Source: a virus (lineage: Duplodnaviria; Caudoviricetes). Taken from it: DNA of 64,000 bases. Location: positions 7,231 through 71,230 of the IMG/VR virus record IMGVR_UViG_2870517152_000001. One strand, given 5' to 3'. The notes below the pieces were generated by a model. It was given only the letters and a program-made list of their open reading frames with translations. It was not told where the DNA came from and did not search any database. The translations under genes and the position numbers were made by a program. Positions 36,546-44,714 of this stretch are shown here, in pieces (the first letter of the stretch is position 1; every line of letters starts with the position of its first letter).

Positions 36546-37742
36546 TCAGGTGGTGGGCGGGCGTGCAGACCAGCCTCGAGCGGGGTCTCCTGCCAGCCAC
36601 GAGCGCTCCGGCTGGCGCGAGCCCCACCCGCGGCGGGGCGTTCCGGGGACAACGGTGATGTCCTGCAACACGAGGACGGCCAGCCCGTCGGTTGCCAAGA
36701 CGGCTTCGCTCAGCGACGTCTGCAGGACCTCGGCAGCCGACAGCGCATCGGCGGCCGAGACGCTGTCGTCCAGTCCGGCGTCAGCCGCGACGGTCAGCGC
36801 GTCGATGCCCGCGATCGAGTCATCCAGGACCGGCGATACCAGGGTGGTCAGGTCGTCCACGCCGGTCGCGGTGTCGGCGAGGTCGACCGGGACGCCGCCG
36901 CCCACGTCGTCGGCCCCGATGATGGTCTCGGCGAGGGCGACGGTGACTCCGACCATCAGGTCGTCTACGGCGGCGACTGACTCGGTGAGGATCGTGTCGG
37001 CCGCGACGTCAAGGGTCTCGGAGGCGGATCCGGTGTCCGCCAGCGTGGCCGCCGCGGCGACGGTGACGTCGTCTGCCACCGTCCCTGTGTCGGTCAGGTC
37101 CTTCACCGTGGATCCGGAGGTCACGGTGACGGTGACGCCGCGGCGGAGCGTCGGCGAAGTCGTGATCGTGAACGACTGGACCCCAGTGGCGGCGCCGGAG
37201 GCGAGGGTCTTGTACGCGCCGGACACGTACACGAATTGCCGCGAGGAGATGTCGGCGAACTCGGTGTACGTGCCGGGCGGCGTGAGCGACTCGGATGTAC
37301 CCATGCCGCCCGAGGCGGATACGAATCGGACGTCGAGGTCGGTCGTGCCCGCTGGTGTTGTCGACGGGGTCTGGATGCTGGTGCCTGTGCCGCCGGTACT
37401 GGTGGCGACGACAGGTGTGTTCGTGCTGGCGTCCTGGATGGCAATCATCGTGGCCGCAGCGTCAGCGCCGGAGTCCTGGTTGAAGGTGTAGGAGGCCGGT
37501 TCGCTGCCGCCGGCTATCTTCCAGTACAGCTTGCCGGGGTTGCTGCCGTCCGTCCCTGCGGTGGTGAGCGTGTTCCACGCTGTCCCGCCGGCCGAGATGG
37601 ACATGGCGGCGAGGGCGCCGATGTCTGCCGAGTGCCAGGCGAGGAGCAGGTCTCCGGAGACGACGCCTGAGGGGCGCGCGCATACGAATGAGGCGCCGGC
37701 TCCGTTCTGGCTGGCCTGGGAGCTACCGCGTACGGATGGCAT
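36546..37742 (-). CDS. Fibre/adhesin-like protein with beta-sandwich domains plus ~19-aa acidic repeats
   Basis: GGAGG RBS; Thr/Gly/Ser-rich domains, L.D....D.L repeats, W-rich tail. Confidence 0.6.
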   Translation of the reverse strand: MPSVRGSSQASQNGAGASFVCARPSGVVSGDLLLAWHSADIGALAAMSISAGGTAWNTLTTAGTDGSNPGKLYWKIAGGSEPASYTFNQDSGADAAATMIAIQDASTNTPVVATSTGGTGTSIQTPSTTPAGTTDLDVRFVSASGGMGTSESLTPPGTYTEFADISSRQFVYVSGAYKTLASGAATGVQSFTITTSPTLRRGVTVTVTSGSTVKDLTDTGTVADDVTVAAAATLADTGSASETLDVAADTILTESVAAVDDLMVGVTVALAETIIGADDVGGGVPVDLADTATGVDDLTTLVSPVLDDSIAGIDALTVAADAGLDDSVSAADALSAAEVLQTSLSEAVLATDGLAVLVLQDITVVPGTPRRGWGSRQPERSWLAGDPARGWSARPPTT

Positions 37743-37777
37743 CGGCTACCTCCGGGCGCGCAAGCGTCCGTGACTGT

Positions 37778-38356
37778 CTACGAGAAGGTGCAGGTCGCTG
37801 TGGCCGCCCAGGTCTGTCCTGCGACCTTCGTGCCCTGGGCGATGGACGTCTTGTGGTTGAACAGCGTGGCGTTGACGGTCGCGGAGGATGTGACCGTGGG
37901 GGTGCCGATGTCGATGCCGAACTCGTTCCACGCGAAGTTGCCGTCGGCGGTGCCGAATGTCGCCTTCAGCGTGAGCACTCCCGCGCTGGTCTGCGGGTAG
38001 GTGGCGTCCATTGTCTGGAACCAGCGGTTGGCGGAGCCGGCGGCGGCTGACAGGTTGGTGTCGCCGATGGCGGCGGCCGGGTTGGTGGCGTTGCCGACCC
38101 CGATGCGGGCGCTGGTGTTGGTGATGGCCTGCCCGCCGGCTGCAGTGAGGAGCGCGGTGAGGCGGGTGAGCCCGGCGGTGGTGACCAGGTTGCCGTGGAC
38201 TTCGGTCGTCTCGTAGGGCAGGACGCCGAGGCGGGCGAAGTCGGCCGCGGTGGGGGCGGCCAGGCGGGAGCGGCGCTGTACCCAGGCAGTCTGCTCGGCG
38301 TCGAACCTGTCGATCAGCCAGTGCGTGGTGGCGCGTGAGAGCTCGACGGCGGGCAT
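37778..38356 (-). CDS. Virion structural protein (fibre-anchor-like)
   Basis: NLVTTAG...IGVG...DTNL...ATFG...NFAWNEFG pattern as in tail-fibre N-terminal anchor domains. Confidence 0.6.
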   Translation of the reverse strand: MPAVELSRATTHWLIDRFDAEQTAWVQRRSRLAAPTAADFARLGVLPYETTEVHGNLVTTAGLTRLTALLTAAGGQAITNTSARIGVGNATNPAAAIGDTNLSAAAGSANRWFQTMDATYPQTSAGVLTLKATFGTADGNFAWNEFGIDIGTPTVTSSATVNATLFNHKTSIAQGTKVAGQTWAATATCTFS

Positions 38357-38398
38357 GGGGCACACTCCTGGCGATCAGTCGAACGGACGTACGAGAAT

Positions 38399-38746
38399 GT
38401 GGAGGTGGAACCATCGCGCGTTGAGCTGCACAACTGGCCGTACAACCCGTCCGAGCCGGGCGGCTGGGTGGCGCCGTACGGCAACCCCATCCACCGGTGG
38501 CGCGTCACTTACGTCCACGCTCGCTACGTCGCCCCGAAGGTGCTGCCGGGCGACCTCGACGAGCACGGCCGGCCGATGAAGCCGCGCATCGAACTCCGCG
38601 CCTACCTCGTCGACCTGGACGGTAGTCAGTTCGGGTTGCCGGACCACGAGCATGTGCTGCTGCATCAGGTGCCGCCGGTCGGCTGGTGGCTCATCAAGCC
38701 GGCCGACGACGAGCACCTTGCCAGGATCGAACGGTTCAAGGTCTAG
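38399..38746 (+). CDS. Counter-oriented hypothetical protein
   Basis: GGAG upstream; stop overlaps the convergent gene at CTAG. Confidence 0.5.
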   Translation: MEVEPSRVELHNWPYNPSEPGGWVAPYGNPIHRWRVTYVHARYVAPKVLPGDLDEHGRPMKPRIELRAYLVDLDGSQFGLPDHEHVLLHQVPPVGWWLIKPADDEHLARIERFKV

Positions 38747-38994
38747 GCGGCGGCCCGGAAACGCTCGCGCAGCGCGGCGCGCAGCTGGTCGCGGAGCTCA
38801 GCTGTCTCGGGCACGTCCTCGCCGCGGGCGATGCACCCGTCGATGGTGGCGAGGTCGTTGTAGTCGTAGTAGGTGCGCCGGTCGTGGCGGCCGAGCTTGC
38901 GCGCCTGGTAGCGGCTGCCCCACGAGCGGATCGTGGCCGGGTCCTTGCGAAGTCGGAGCGCGGCGTCGGCGGCGGTGATCGGTTCGGGGTCGAT
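38743..38994 (-). CDS. Small HTH DNA-binding protein (start codon uncertain)
   Basis: ITAADAALRLRKDPATIRSWGSR MerR/Xis-like HTH; nearest in-frame codon after a GGGGGGT tract is ATC. Confidence 0.6.
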   Translation of the reverse strand: MDPEPITAADAALRLRKDPATIRSWGSRYQARKLGRHDRRTYYDYNDLATIDGCIARGEDVPETAELRDQLRAALRERFRAAA

Positions 38995-39016
38995 GGTGCA
39001 CCCCCCGGAAACGCGT

Positions 39017-39093
39017 AATGCCCCCCGCGGTGGCGTGAGGGCATTCGTGTGCTGTCTGCGTGAAGTGTGGCACAGCAGGTCAGGAGGGTTCAA
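39017..39093 (-). promoter_or_regulatory. Candidate late promoter with downstream hairpin
   Basis: TTGAAC (39093-39088), 18 nt spacer, CACACT (39069-39064); AATGCCC/GGGCATT hairpin at 39017-39045. Confidence 0.35.
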
Positions 39094-39233
39094 GTCGGAC
39101 TGACGCCGAGCCATTCGGCGACCGTCATGGGCAGCGCTGTGTCCGGGACGATGATGGGCAGCAGGTGCGGGATGACGAGCACGCCGTCGGCGACAGGGTG
39201 CACGTCGCAGGCGAGCGTGTCGATATCCGTCAT
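39090..39233 (-). CDS. Hypothetical protein (47 aa)
   Basis: Short ORF, MTDIDTLACDVHP... Confidence 0.35.
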   Translation of the reverse strand: MTDIDTLACDVHPVADGVLVIPHLLPIIVPDTALPMTVAEWLGVSPT

Positions 39234-39268
39234 GAGATCCATTATCCCAGGTGACCCGGCTCGCGGCA

Positions 39269-39778
39269 TCACATCGGCCCATCCTCGCGCGCGAGTTCGG
39301 CCGCCTCCCGCTGCCATGTCACCGCGATCGGCTCGCCGCGCTCCTGCGCCAACCGGGTTACCAGGTGGGTGACGATGTCCAGGGTTGCTCGGTTCATCGC
39401 GGCCGGCCCCATTCCCATGATCGGGTGCACGAGTTGGGGCTGGATCGTCGCGAGCAGCGCGATCATCTCCTCCTCGTTGTCCGGCGATCGGTTGAGGTGG
39501 AGGGTCATCTCCTGGATGAGTGCAGCCTGCTTGACGGCAACCAGCTGTTGGAACTCGGCGTACTCCTCCGGCGTAAACTCGTCCCGCACCTCGTCGCCCG
39601 GCCTCCGCTCGGGCGGCGGTGTGCCGGGTTCGGCGAGAAGGCAGATCCGGTCGTGCTCGACGCGGTACTGCTCCACGGGTTTCTCGCCAAGAGCGCGCGT
39701 GTTGTACCCGATGATCATGCCGCATCTCTCGCACCTGACCAGTTCGGGCAGGAAGCGCCTGAGCAGCCAGCGGATCAT
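39269..39778 (-). CDS. Hypothetical protein with Zn-finger-like N-terminus
   Basis: CERC...H...C motif; coupled to the recombinase stop. Confidence 0.55.
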   Translation of the reverse strand: MIRWLLRRFLPELVRCERCGMIIGYNTRALGEKPVEQYRVEHDRICLLAEPGTPPPERRPGDEVRDEFTPEEYAEFQQLVAVKQAALIQEMTLHLNRSPDNEEEMIALLATIQPQLVHPIMGMGPAAMNRATLDIVTHLVTRLAQERGEPIAVTWQREAAELAREDGPM

Positions 39779-40410
39779 GCGGTGAGCTCTTCCGCTGCAG
39801 CGGCCGGGGCCTGCGTCAGCTCGGGAACGTACTTGTAGATGGTCGCCCGGCTCACGTTGAGCAGGCGGGCGATCGACGACACGGTGTTCTTCGGGTTGGT
39901 CAGCAGGGTGCGGGCGTGCTCGACCTGCTCTGGAGTCATGGCCGGTGGCCGACCGAGGCGCTGCCCGCGATCTCGGGCGGCCTGGACACCGGCGATCGTG
40001 CGCTCCCGGATGATGTCGCGCTCCAGTTCCGCGAAGGCGGCCATCATCGTGAAGAAGAACTTCCCTTCGCCGGTCGGGCTGTAGTTGCCCGCGAGGCGGC
40101 CCGTCAGGATCTTCAGCCCGATTCCTTGATCGTGCAGATCCTCGGCAATGATCAAGACGTCCTTGGTGGATCGGCCGAGCCGGTCGAGCTTCCAGACGAC
40201 GAGGGTGTCTCCGGGGCGGAGGTAGTCGAGCGCGGCGGCGAGGCCGGGCCGGTCCTTCTTCCGGGTGGAGACCTTCTCGTCGAAGATGCGGATACAGCCG
40301 GCGGCGGTGAGGGCGTCGAGCTGGAGTTGCAGGTCTTGGTCGTCGGTGGAGACCCGGGCGAGGCCGACGAGAGCTCCGGTCTGGGTGGGGGTTGCAGCCT
40401 TTGTGTTCAA
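39775..40410 (-). CDS. Small serine recombinase (resolvase/invertase) with C-terminal HTH
   Basis: GLARVST (catalytic Ser), RPGL, VWKLDRLGRS, AELERDIIRERT..G, GRP, NVSRATIYKY. Confidence 0.93.
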   Translation of the reverse strand: MNTKAATPTQTGALVGLARVSTDDQDLQLQLDALTAAGCIRIFDEKVSTRKKDRPGLAAALDYLRPGDTLVVWKLDRLGRSTKDVLIIAEDLHDQGIGLKILTGRLAGNYSPTGEGKFFFTMMAAFAELERDIIRERTIAGVQAARDRGQRLGRPPAMTPEQVEHARTLLTNPKNTVSSIARLLNVSRATIYKYVPELTQAPAAAAEELTA

Positions 40411-40468
40411 GAAAGGTCTCTTCCTTGATTCTTAGACAGAAGACTTTGCGACATGATTTTCAGACAGA
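40404..40468. promoter_or_regulatory. res-like recombinase binding region
   Basis: AT-rich; inverted pair TGTTCAAGAA (40404) / TTCTTAGACA (40429); near-direct repeats GATTCTTAGACAGA (40427) and GATTTTCAGACAGA (40455). Confidence 0.5.
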
Positions 40469-40600
40469 CTGCGGGATTCGGGAAGGGCTTCGAACCTCGG
40501 TTAGGCGAATGTGTCTACAAGGGAGCGATTTACAACATGATCCACACACCCATGCCCGGGATCCTCCTGCGATGTTCCGGCGCTTCGCGACGCCTCTCAA

Positions 40601-40900
40601 TCACGATGGCTTCTCATCCTCCGGCCACGCGTCGGCGTAGACCAGCATCAGGTCGCGCCACAAATCCTTCACGGGGCGACCCTCGACACGAGCCAGCTGC
40701 CGAACCAGGAGATGTATCAGATGCATGGAAGCCATGAGCTGGACGTCTCGCGGAACCTCATTCGCGACCCTGGCGACCGCGTTGAGGACCATCGGATCGT
40801 CAGATCGACCTCCCTCTTGGAGTTCAAGGGTCGCGGTCACCATCGCAAGGACAGCGTTCATGTGCTCCTTGCTGAACGCTGGTTCCTGGATCTCGCTCAT
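40601..40900 (-). CDS. Hypothetical helical protein (99 aa)
   Basis: ATGA overlap with the upstream stop. Confidence 0.55.
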   Translation of the reverse strand: MSEIQEPAFSKEHMNAVLAMVTATLELQEGGRSDDPMVLNAVARVANEVPRDVQLMASMHLIHLLVRQLARVEGRPVKDLWRDLMLVYADAWPEDEKPS

Positions 40901-41652
40901 GTTGCTCCGATCTCCTGCTGCTCGTACTCGTCGGCCTGTCTCGCGTACTCGCTGTCGTGCTCGCGCTGGTTCAACAACCTGCCACACCCGCCGCACTCGT
41001 AGTAGCCGTCATCCTTGCGCCGCACCTGACGTTCCGCGCAGCGCGGGCACCTGATCGGCGACCGCGCCGACACCGGATCCGACTTCGACATCGCGCGCAG
41101 CTTCCGCTGCCAGCGCAGCACCGCCAGCCCGAACGCCACCGACCCCGGGTGGAGGAGGATGTCGTCGATCTGGCCGAGCAGCCAGCCCACCGTCAGCGCC
41201 CGGGCGTGCCCTCCGCGGGCCCGGCGCGGCCGGGGAGCGTAGCCGCGGACTTCCCGCCACTGGTCTTCCACCTCGGCCAGCACGCTGAACAGCTCATCCA
41301 GGCTGTCCACGATCGACGTGTGCGACGGGGCGGCCGTCCCGTTCGGACCGGCTGCGGTGCCGCCGCGGTGGCCGTCGATGCCAGCGGCGAGTAGTGCGGC
41401 GGTGTCGTCGAGTTCGGCGAGTGCGCTGCGGATGTGGCTGGCGCACCGGTGGTCCCACACGGGTTCGCCGAGGTGGACGGCGATGGACGGTTGCTCGGGG
41501 GCGGTCGGGCGGTCGCCGCGGTCGTCGCCGGGCGTGTTGAGCCAGGCGTGCATGGCGGCGGCGTGCTGTTCGAGCGCCTGGTCGTATGCGGTCCAGGCGG
41601 CGCGCGCCTGTCGGTTGCACGGACCGTTGCAGGCGTCGAGGCTGATCGGCAC
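40897..41652 (-). CDS. Zn-finger protein, probable late-gene activator
   Basis: GGGGAG RBS; CNGPC, HRC, CPRC and CGGC motifs; last large early-operon gene. Confidence 0.55.
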   Translation of the reverse strand: MPISLDACNGPCNRQARAAWTAYDQALEQHAAAMHAWLNTPGDDRGDRPTAPEQPSIAVHLGEPVWDHRCASHIRSALAELDDTAALLAAGIDGHRGGTAAGPNGTAAPSHTSIVDSLDELFSVLAEVEDQWREVRGYAPRPRRARGGHARALTVGWLLGQIDDILLHPGSVAFGLAVLRWQRKLRAMSKSDPVSARSPIRCPRCAERQVRRKDDGYYECGGCGRLLNQREHDSEYARQADEYEQQEIGAT

Positions 41653-41654
41653 GG

Positions 41655-41798
41655 TTACTCCCCCTGATCGGTGGTGGTGCGTCGTTCTCCGCACCAGCAG
41701 GCGCGGGTGGTGATGGTGGCGTTGCTGAGGCCGCCGGCGAGGGTGACGGTGAGGGTGGTCCATCGGTGGCGGTGGAAGAGTCGGCGGAGCCGGTTCAT
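41655..41798 (-). CDS. Hypothetical protein (47 aa)
   Basis: ATGA coupling. Confidence 0.45.
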   Translation of the reverse strand: MNRLRRLFHRHRWTTLTVTLAGGLSNATITTRACWCGERRTTTDQGE

Positions 41799-42034
41799 CG
41801 GCGCCGCCTCCGGTACTCGCGCTTCACGCGCGCCGCGTCGGGGCCGGGCCGGCCGGTGGTGAGCTGCCACCGCCACCAGGTGAGCCGGGATGCGGGTGCG
41901 GTGAGGGTCAGCGAGATGCGGAGTGGCCGCAGGATGGGTTCGGCCGCCGGGAGGTCGTCGATGATGACGAGCCCGTCGTCCTCGATGTAGCCCAGGTCCA
42001 CCCAGTCGGGCACCCAGGGGGCCAGGTCATCCAT
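41795..42034 (-). CDS. Hypothetical protein (79 aa)
   Basis: AAGGAG RBS. Confidence 0.5.
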   Translation of the reverse strand: MDDLAPWVPDWVDLGYIEDDGLVIIDDLPAAEPILRPLRISLTLTAPASRLTWWRWQLTTGRPGPDAARVKREYRRRRR

Positions 42035-42302
42035 GCTGGTCTCCTTCGAGTGCGTCACGGATGCGCTGCGCTGCGGCCGGGTAGTCGGCGATGGCGGTGG
42101 GGTCGCCGGCGTGGTTCATGACGAGGTCGAGGTCGTCCCTGGCGACGGTCACCATGCCGGGCAGGTCCTGGCCGTCGAGCACGGCGAGCAGGTCGCGGCG
42201 CACGTCGTCGGGGCACAGGTGGTCGTGGGTGGGGTGCCCCTCCCGGCCGAGGTGGTCGGCGAGGGCTTGGATGCGGGCGTTGACGGTCGCGAGGTCAGGC
42301 AT
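42027..42302 (-). CDS. Hypothetical protein (91 aa)
   Basis: AGGAG RBS; overlapping neighbours. Confidence 0.55.
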   Translation of the reverse strand: MPDLATVNARIQALADHLGREGHPTHDHLCPDDVRRDLLAVLDGQDLPGMVTVARDDLDLVMNHAGDPTAIADYPAAAQRIRDALEGDQHG

Positions 42303-42564
42303 GGTCGGGCTCCTGTCCGTCGAGGATCTGCCTGGTGTCGCATGGTGCGAGGGTGATGCAGGTGGGGCAGTACCGGCCGCTCGGCGCGTTCGTTTGGGAG
42401 AGCTCGTCCAGCGAGGGGTGGCGTTCGCGGGCGAGGGCGATGCGCTGGCGGAGGTCGTTGAGCTCGGCGGTGGCGATGAGGGTGTGGTCGGTGGCGGCCC
42501 ATCCGTGGGGGACGCGGGTGATGTGGGAGCCGTCGAACGTCTCGATGATGTGGTGGTCGGTCAC
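42295..42564 (-). CDS. Hypothetical protein (89 aa)
   Basis: GAGGA RBS then GTG; CPTC...PC motif. Confidence 0.55.
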   Translation of the reverse strand: MTDHHIIETFDGSHITRVPHGWAATDHTLIATAELNDLRQRIALARERHPSLDELSQTNAPSGRYCPTCITLAPCDTRQILDGQEPDHA

Positions 42565-42679
42565 TGGTCCTCGTCTCTGCGGCGAAGGAGAGGCGCTGTG
42601 CTGTGTTGCACAGCATCGCTGAGGATGCATCTCTGCGGCGCTGTAGCGGTCGTGGGCGGGTTTTCGGGGCGGGTTCGGG

Positions 42680-42988
42680 CTATCGGGGCGGCGGTTCGGG
42701 AGAATCGCTCTCAGCCGCGCGGCGGCTGGCTTCGAGGACGCCGCGGATGCACGTCGTCTCGATGTCGCCGAGGACGCGGCGGATGTACCGCCTGCCCTCG
42801 CGGGTGAGCGGCAGCGTGGTCTTCATGCCGGTGATGCCGTTCAGTCCTGTCCACTCATAGTCGTCAGGGTGGATTTCCACGGTGAACCGCACGTGCGGGG
42901 CCCGCCCCTGACGGCAGAGCGCCCGGTAGTCGCGCTTGGCCTGTTGCCATTCCCGGAGGCGGCGGATGGCGTAGCGGATGCGGATCAC
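42680..42988 (-). CDS. Hypothetical protein (102 aa)
   Basis: GTGA coupling. Confidence 0.5.
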   Translation of the reverse strand: MIRIRYAIRRLREWQQAKRDYRALCRQGRAPHVRFTVEIHPDDYEWTGLNGITGMKTTLPLTREGRRYIRRVLGDIETTCIRGVLEASRRAAESDSPEPPPR

Positions 42989-43386
42989 GACCCACCCCCA
43001 GCCGTGCGGGCCGCGCGCTCCTCCGCCTCGGTCCACCGCCACGACGGCAGCAGCGCGCACACGGCCAGCATGTCGCCCTCCGCGATCCTGGCGGCGGACT
43101 CGAAGTCGTCCGCCTCGATCAGCAGCACCCGCCGCATGTCGTCCGGCGCGCCGTCGGCGTACTCGCGGCGGCCCGCGGCGACGCGGCGCAGCAGCTTCGC
43201 GATCCGCTCGCGCTCGATCTGGCGTGCGATCGCGTACTTGCGGCCGGTCATCTCCGAGGTGAGCTGGCAGGTGTCGCAGGTGGCCACGTCGCCGGTCCAG
43301 GTGACGTCGAGGTGGGCCGGGTTGGGGCAGGTCCAGAACTGGATCGGGGCGCGGCCGAGCGCGGCCATCAGGTCGTCGCCGGTCAC
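42985..43386 (-). CDS. Hypothetical protein (133 aa)
   Basis: GTGA coupling; CP..H...CDTC motif. Confidence 0.55.
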   Translation of the reverse strand: MTGDDLMAALGRAPIQFWTCPNPAHLDVTWTGDVATCDTCQLTSEMTGRKYAIARQIERERIAKLLRRVAAGRREYADGAPDDMRRVLLIEADDFESAARIAEGDMLAVCALLPSWRWTEAEERAARTAGGGS

Positions 43387-44033
43387 GACGCACCTCCGGC
43401 GACCTCGAGGAGGATCCCGGGCACGATGGTTGGCACCAGTGCCCGCTGCCCCGCGGTCAGTTCCAGCGCGTCGAGGATGCGGGAGATCGCCCCGGCCAGC
43501 AGTTGCCCTTGGGCCTCGGCGAGGCGGATCTCCCGGTCGGCGATCCCCATGTCGTGGGCCACCTTCGCGTAGCGGACACACCGGTCCCGCTCCTCCGCCT
43601 CGAGCTTCGCGAGGCCGCGGACGGCTTCGCCGGACTCGTACACCCCGACGGATGGCGACGCCGAGAAGGTGTGCCCGACGAGCCCTTCGCCGTAGCCGAC
43701 ACCGCGAGACGGGTCCGCCTCCTCGAGCTGCTGCTGCAGCAGGCCCGCGTAGATGTGCACCCTGGCCCAGCTCATCTGGAGCATTGCCATCACCGCCTCC
43801 GCCGGGCTGACGTCCTGCCGGCCGGGCACCGCACGCCACGCCGACAGGGCCTCGCCCTTCGCCTTTGCCACCGCCGTCGACACGCCGGCGTGCGTACGGC
43901 ACGTCGCGGTGCCGCGGATCGCAAGGCCATGGCAGCGGGACTGGCTGCGCTTGGACTGCTTCGAGCACTCCCACTTGCCGTGCTGGTCGCACCAGGCCGC
44001 GCCCGCGGCACGCATGAGGTCGTCGCTGGTCAA
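43383..44033 (-). CDS. HGGxSTG-like protein, candidate terminase small subunit
   Basis: CSKQSKRSQSRC...G.ATCRTHAG N-terminal motif then helical body; TTGA coupling. Confidence 0.55.
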   Translation of the reverse strand: MTSDDLMRAAGAAWCDQHGKWECSKQSKRSQSRCHGLAIRGTATCRTHAGVSTAVAKAKGEALSAWRAVPGRQDVSPAEAVMAMLQMSWARVHIYAGLLQQQLEEADPSRGVGYGEGLVGHTFSASPSVGVYESGEAVRGLAKLEAEERDRCVRYAKVAHDMGIADREIRLAEAQGQLLAGAISRILDALELTAGQRALVPTIVPGILLEVAGGAS

Positions 44034-44467
44034 GAGGTCACCTCGGGGATGTGGAGGATGTAGGGCTGGCCGCACTGCCCGATGCGGTAGCGGCGGCCGG
44101 TGGCGGGTTGGTGCCAGTGGATGCGCTCGCAGTGGGGGCAGGTGACGATGGCCCACTGCCTGCCGGGGACGATGCGGGCAATCGCGACGACGGTGATGAG
44201 GCACACCTCGACCGGGGCTTTGCCGTCGCGTCGGGCCGGTTGGGGGCGTCCGCAGACGGTGGCGCAGCCGTCGGGGCAGACGCCCATGGTGTCGGGGCGC
44301 CCGCAGATGAGGCAGAGGGCTGCGCAGGGGATGCGCCCGGCCCAGGGTCGCGGCAGGTCGAGGACGTGCCGGCGGTTGCGGCGCTTGGTGGTGTTCTCGG
44401 GTTGCGGTTCGGGGGCGGGTTCGTCCCACAGGGTGGGCTGTTCGAGGAGGGCGGCGGGGCGGTTCAT
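44030..44467 (-). CDS. Hypothetical Cys-rich protein (145 aa)
   Basis: Several CxxC motifs. Confidence 0.55.
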   Translation of the reverse strand: MNRPAALLEQPTLWDEPAPEPQPENTTKRRNRRHVLDLPRPWAGRIPCAALCLICGRPDTMGVCPDGCATVCGRPQPARRDGKAPVEVCLITVVAIARIVPGRQWAIVTCPHCERIHWHQPATGRRYRIGQCGQPYILHIPEVTS

Positions 44468-44490
44468 CGGGTGCCGCCGCGGGGTCGGGC

Positions 44491-44690
44491 TGTACCTGGG
44501 CTGTCCCCTGTACCACCCCTATAAGGGGGTGGTACAAGGTACAGGTTGCCGGTGGTACAGGTTGGGACAGTCAGTGGTACAGGTCTGACCTGCGGTAATG
44601 CGGGGTCTTGGTACAGGTTGGGACAGTCAGTGGTACAGGTCAGATTCGGGACCTGTACCAACGCCTTTTGGTACAGGTTTTTCGGTACAA
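44491..44690. repeat. Iteron array and cruciform, probable phage replication origin
   Basis: Eleven GGTACA copies (8 forward, 3 reverse); identical 33-bp direct repeats at 44553 and 44609; 11-bp stem around TATAAG at 44509-44536; directly after the helicase gene. Confidence 0.75.
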
Positions 44691-44714
44691 ACCGGGACAT
44701 TCTTCTGAGCCTCC

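Noticed and set aside
14343-38356. Diversity-generating retroelement acting on fibre genes
   Set aside because: No reverse transcriptase and no near-identical TR/VR pair differing at adenines was seen.
34238-40410. Invertase-driven fibre switching (Mu G-segment style)
   Set aside because: Both cassettes are in the same orientation and I saw no inverted crossover sites around them; not excluded without a computational repeat search.
42574-42640. 11-bp direct repeat TCTCTGCGGCG with a small hairpin between
   Set aside because: Two short GC-rich copies could arise by chance; no further copies noticed.
44553-44641. CRISPR array
   Set aside because: Only two 33-bp copies with internal sub-repeats, no cas genes, and a position beside a helicase; fits iterons.
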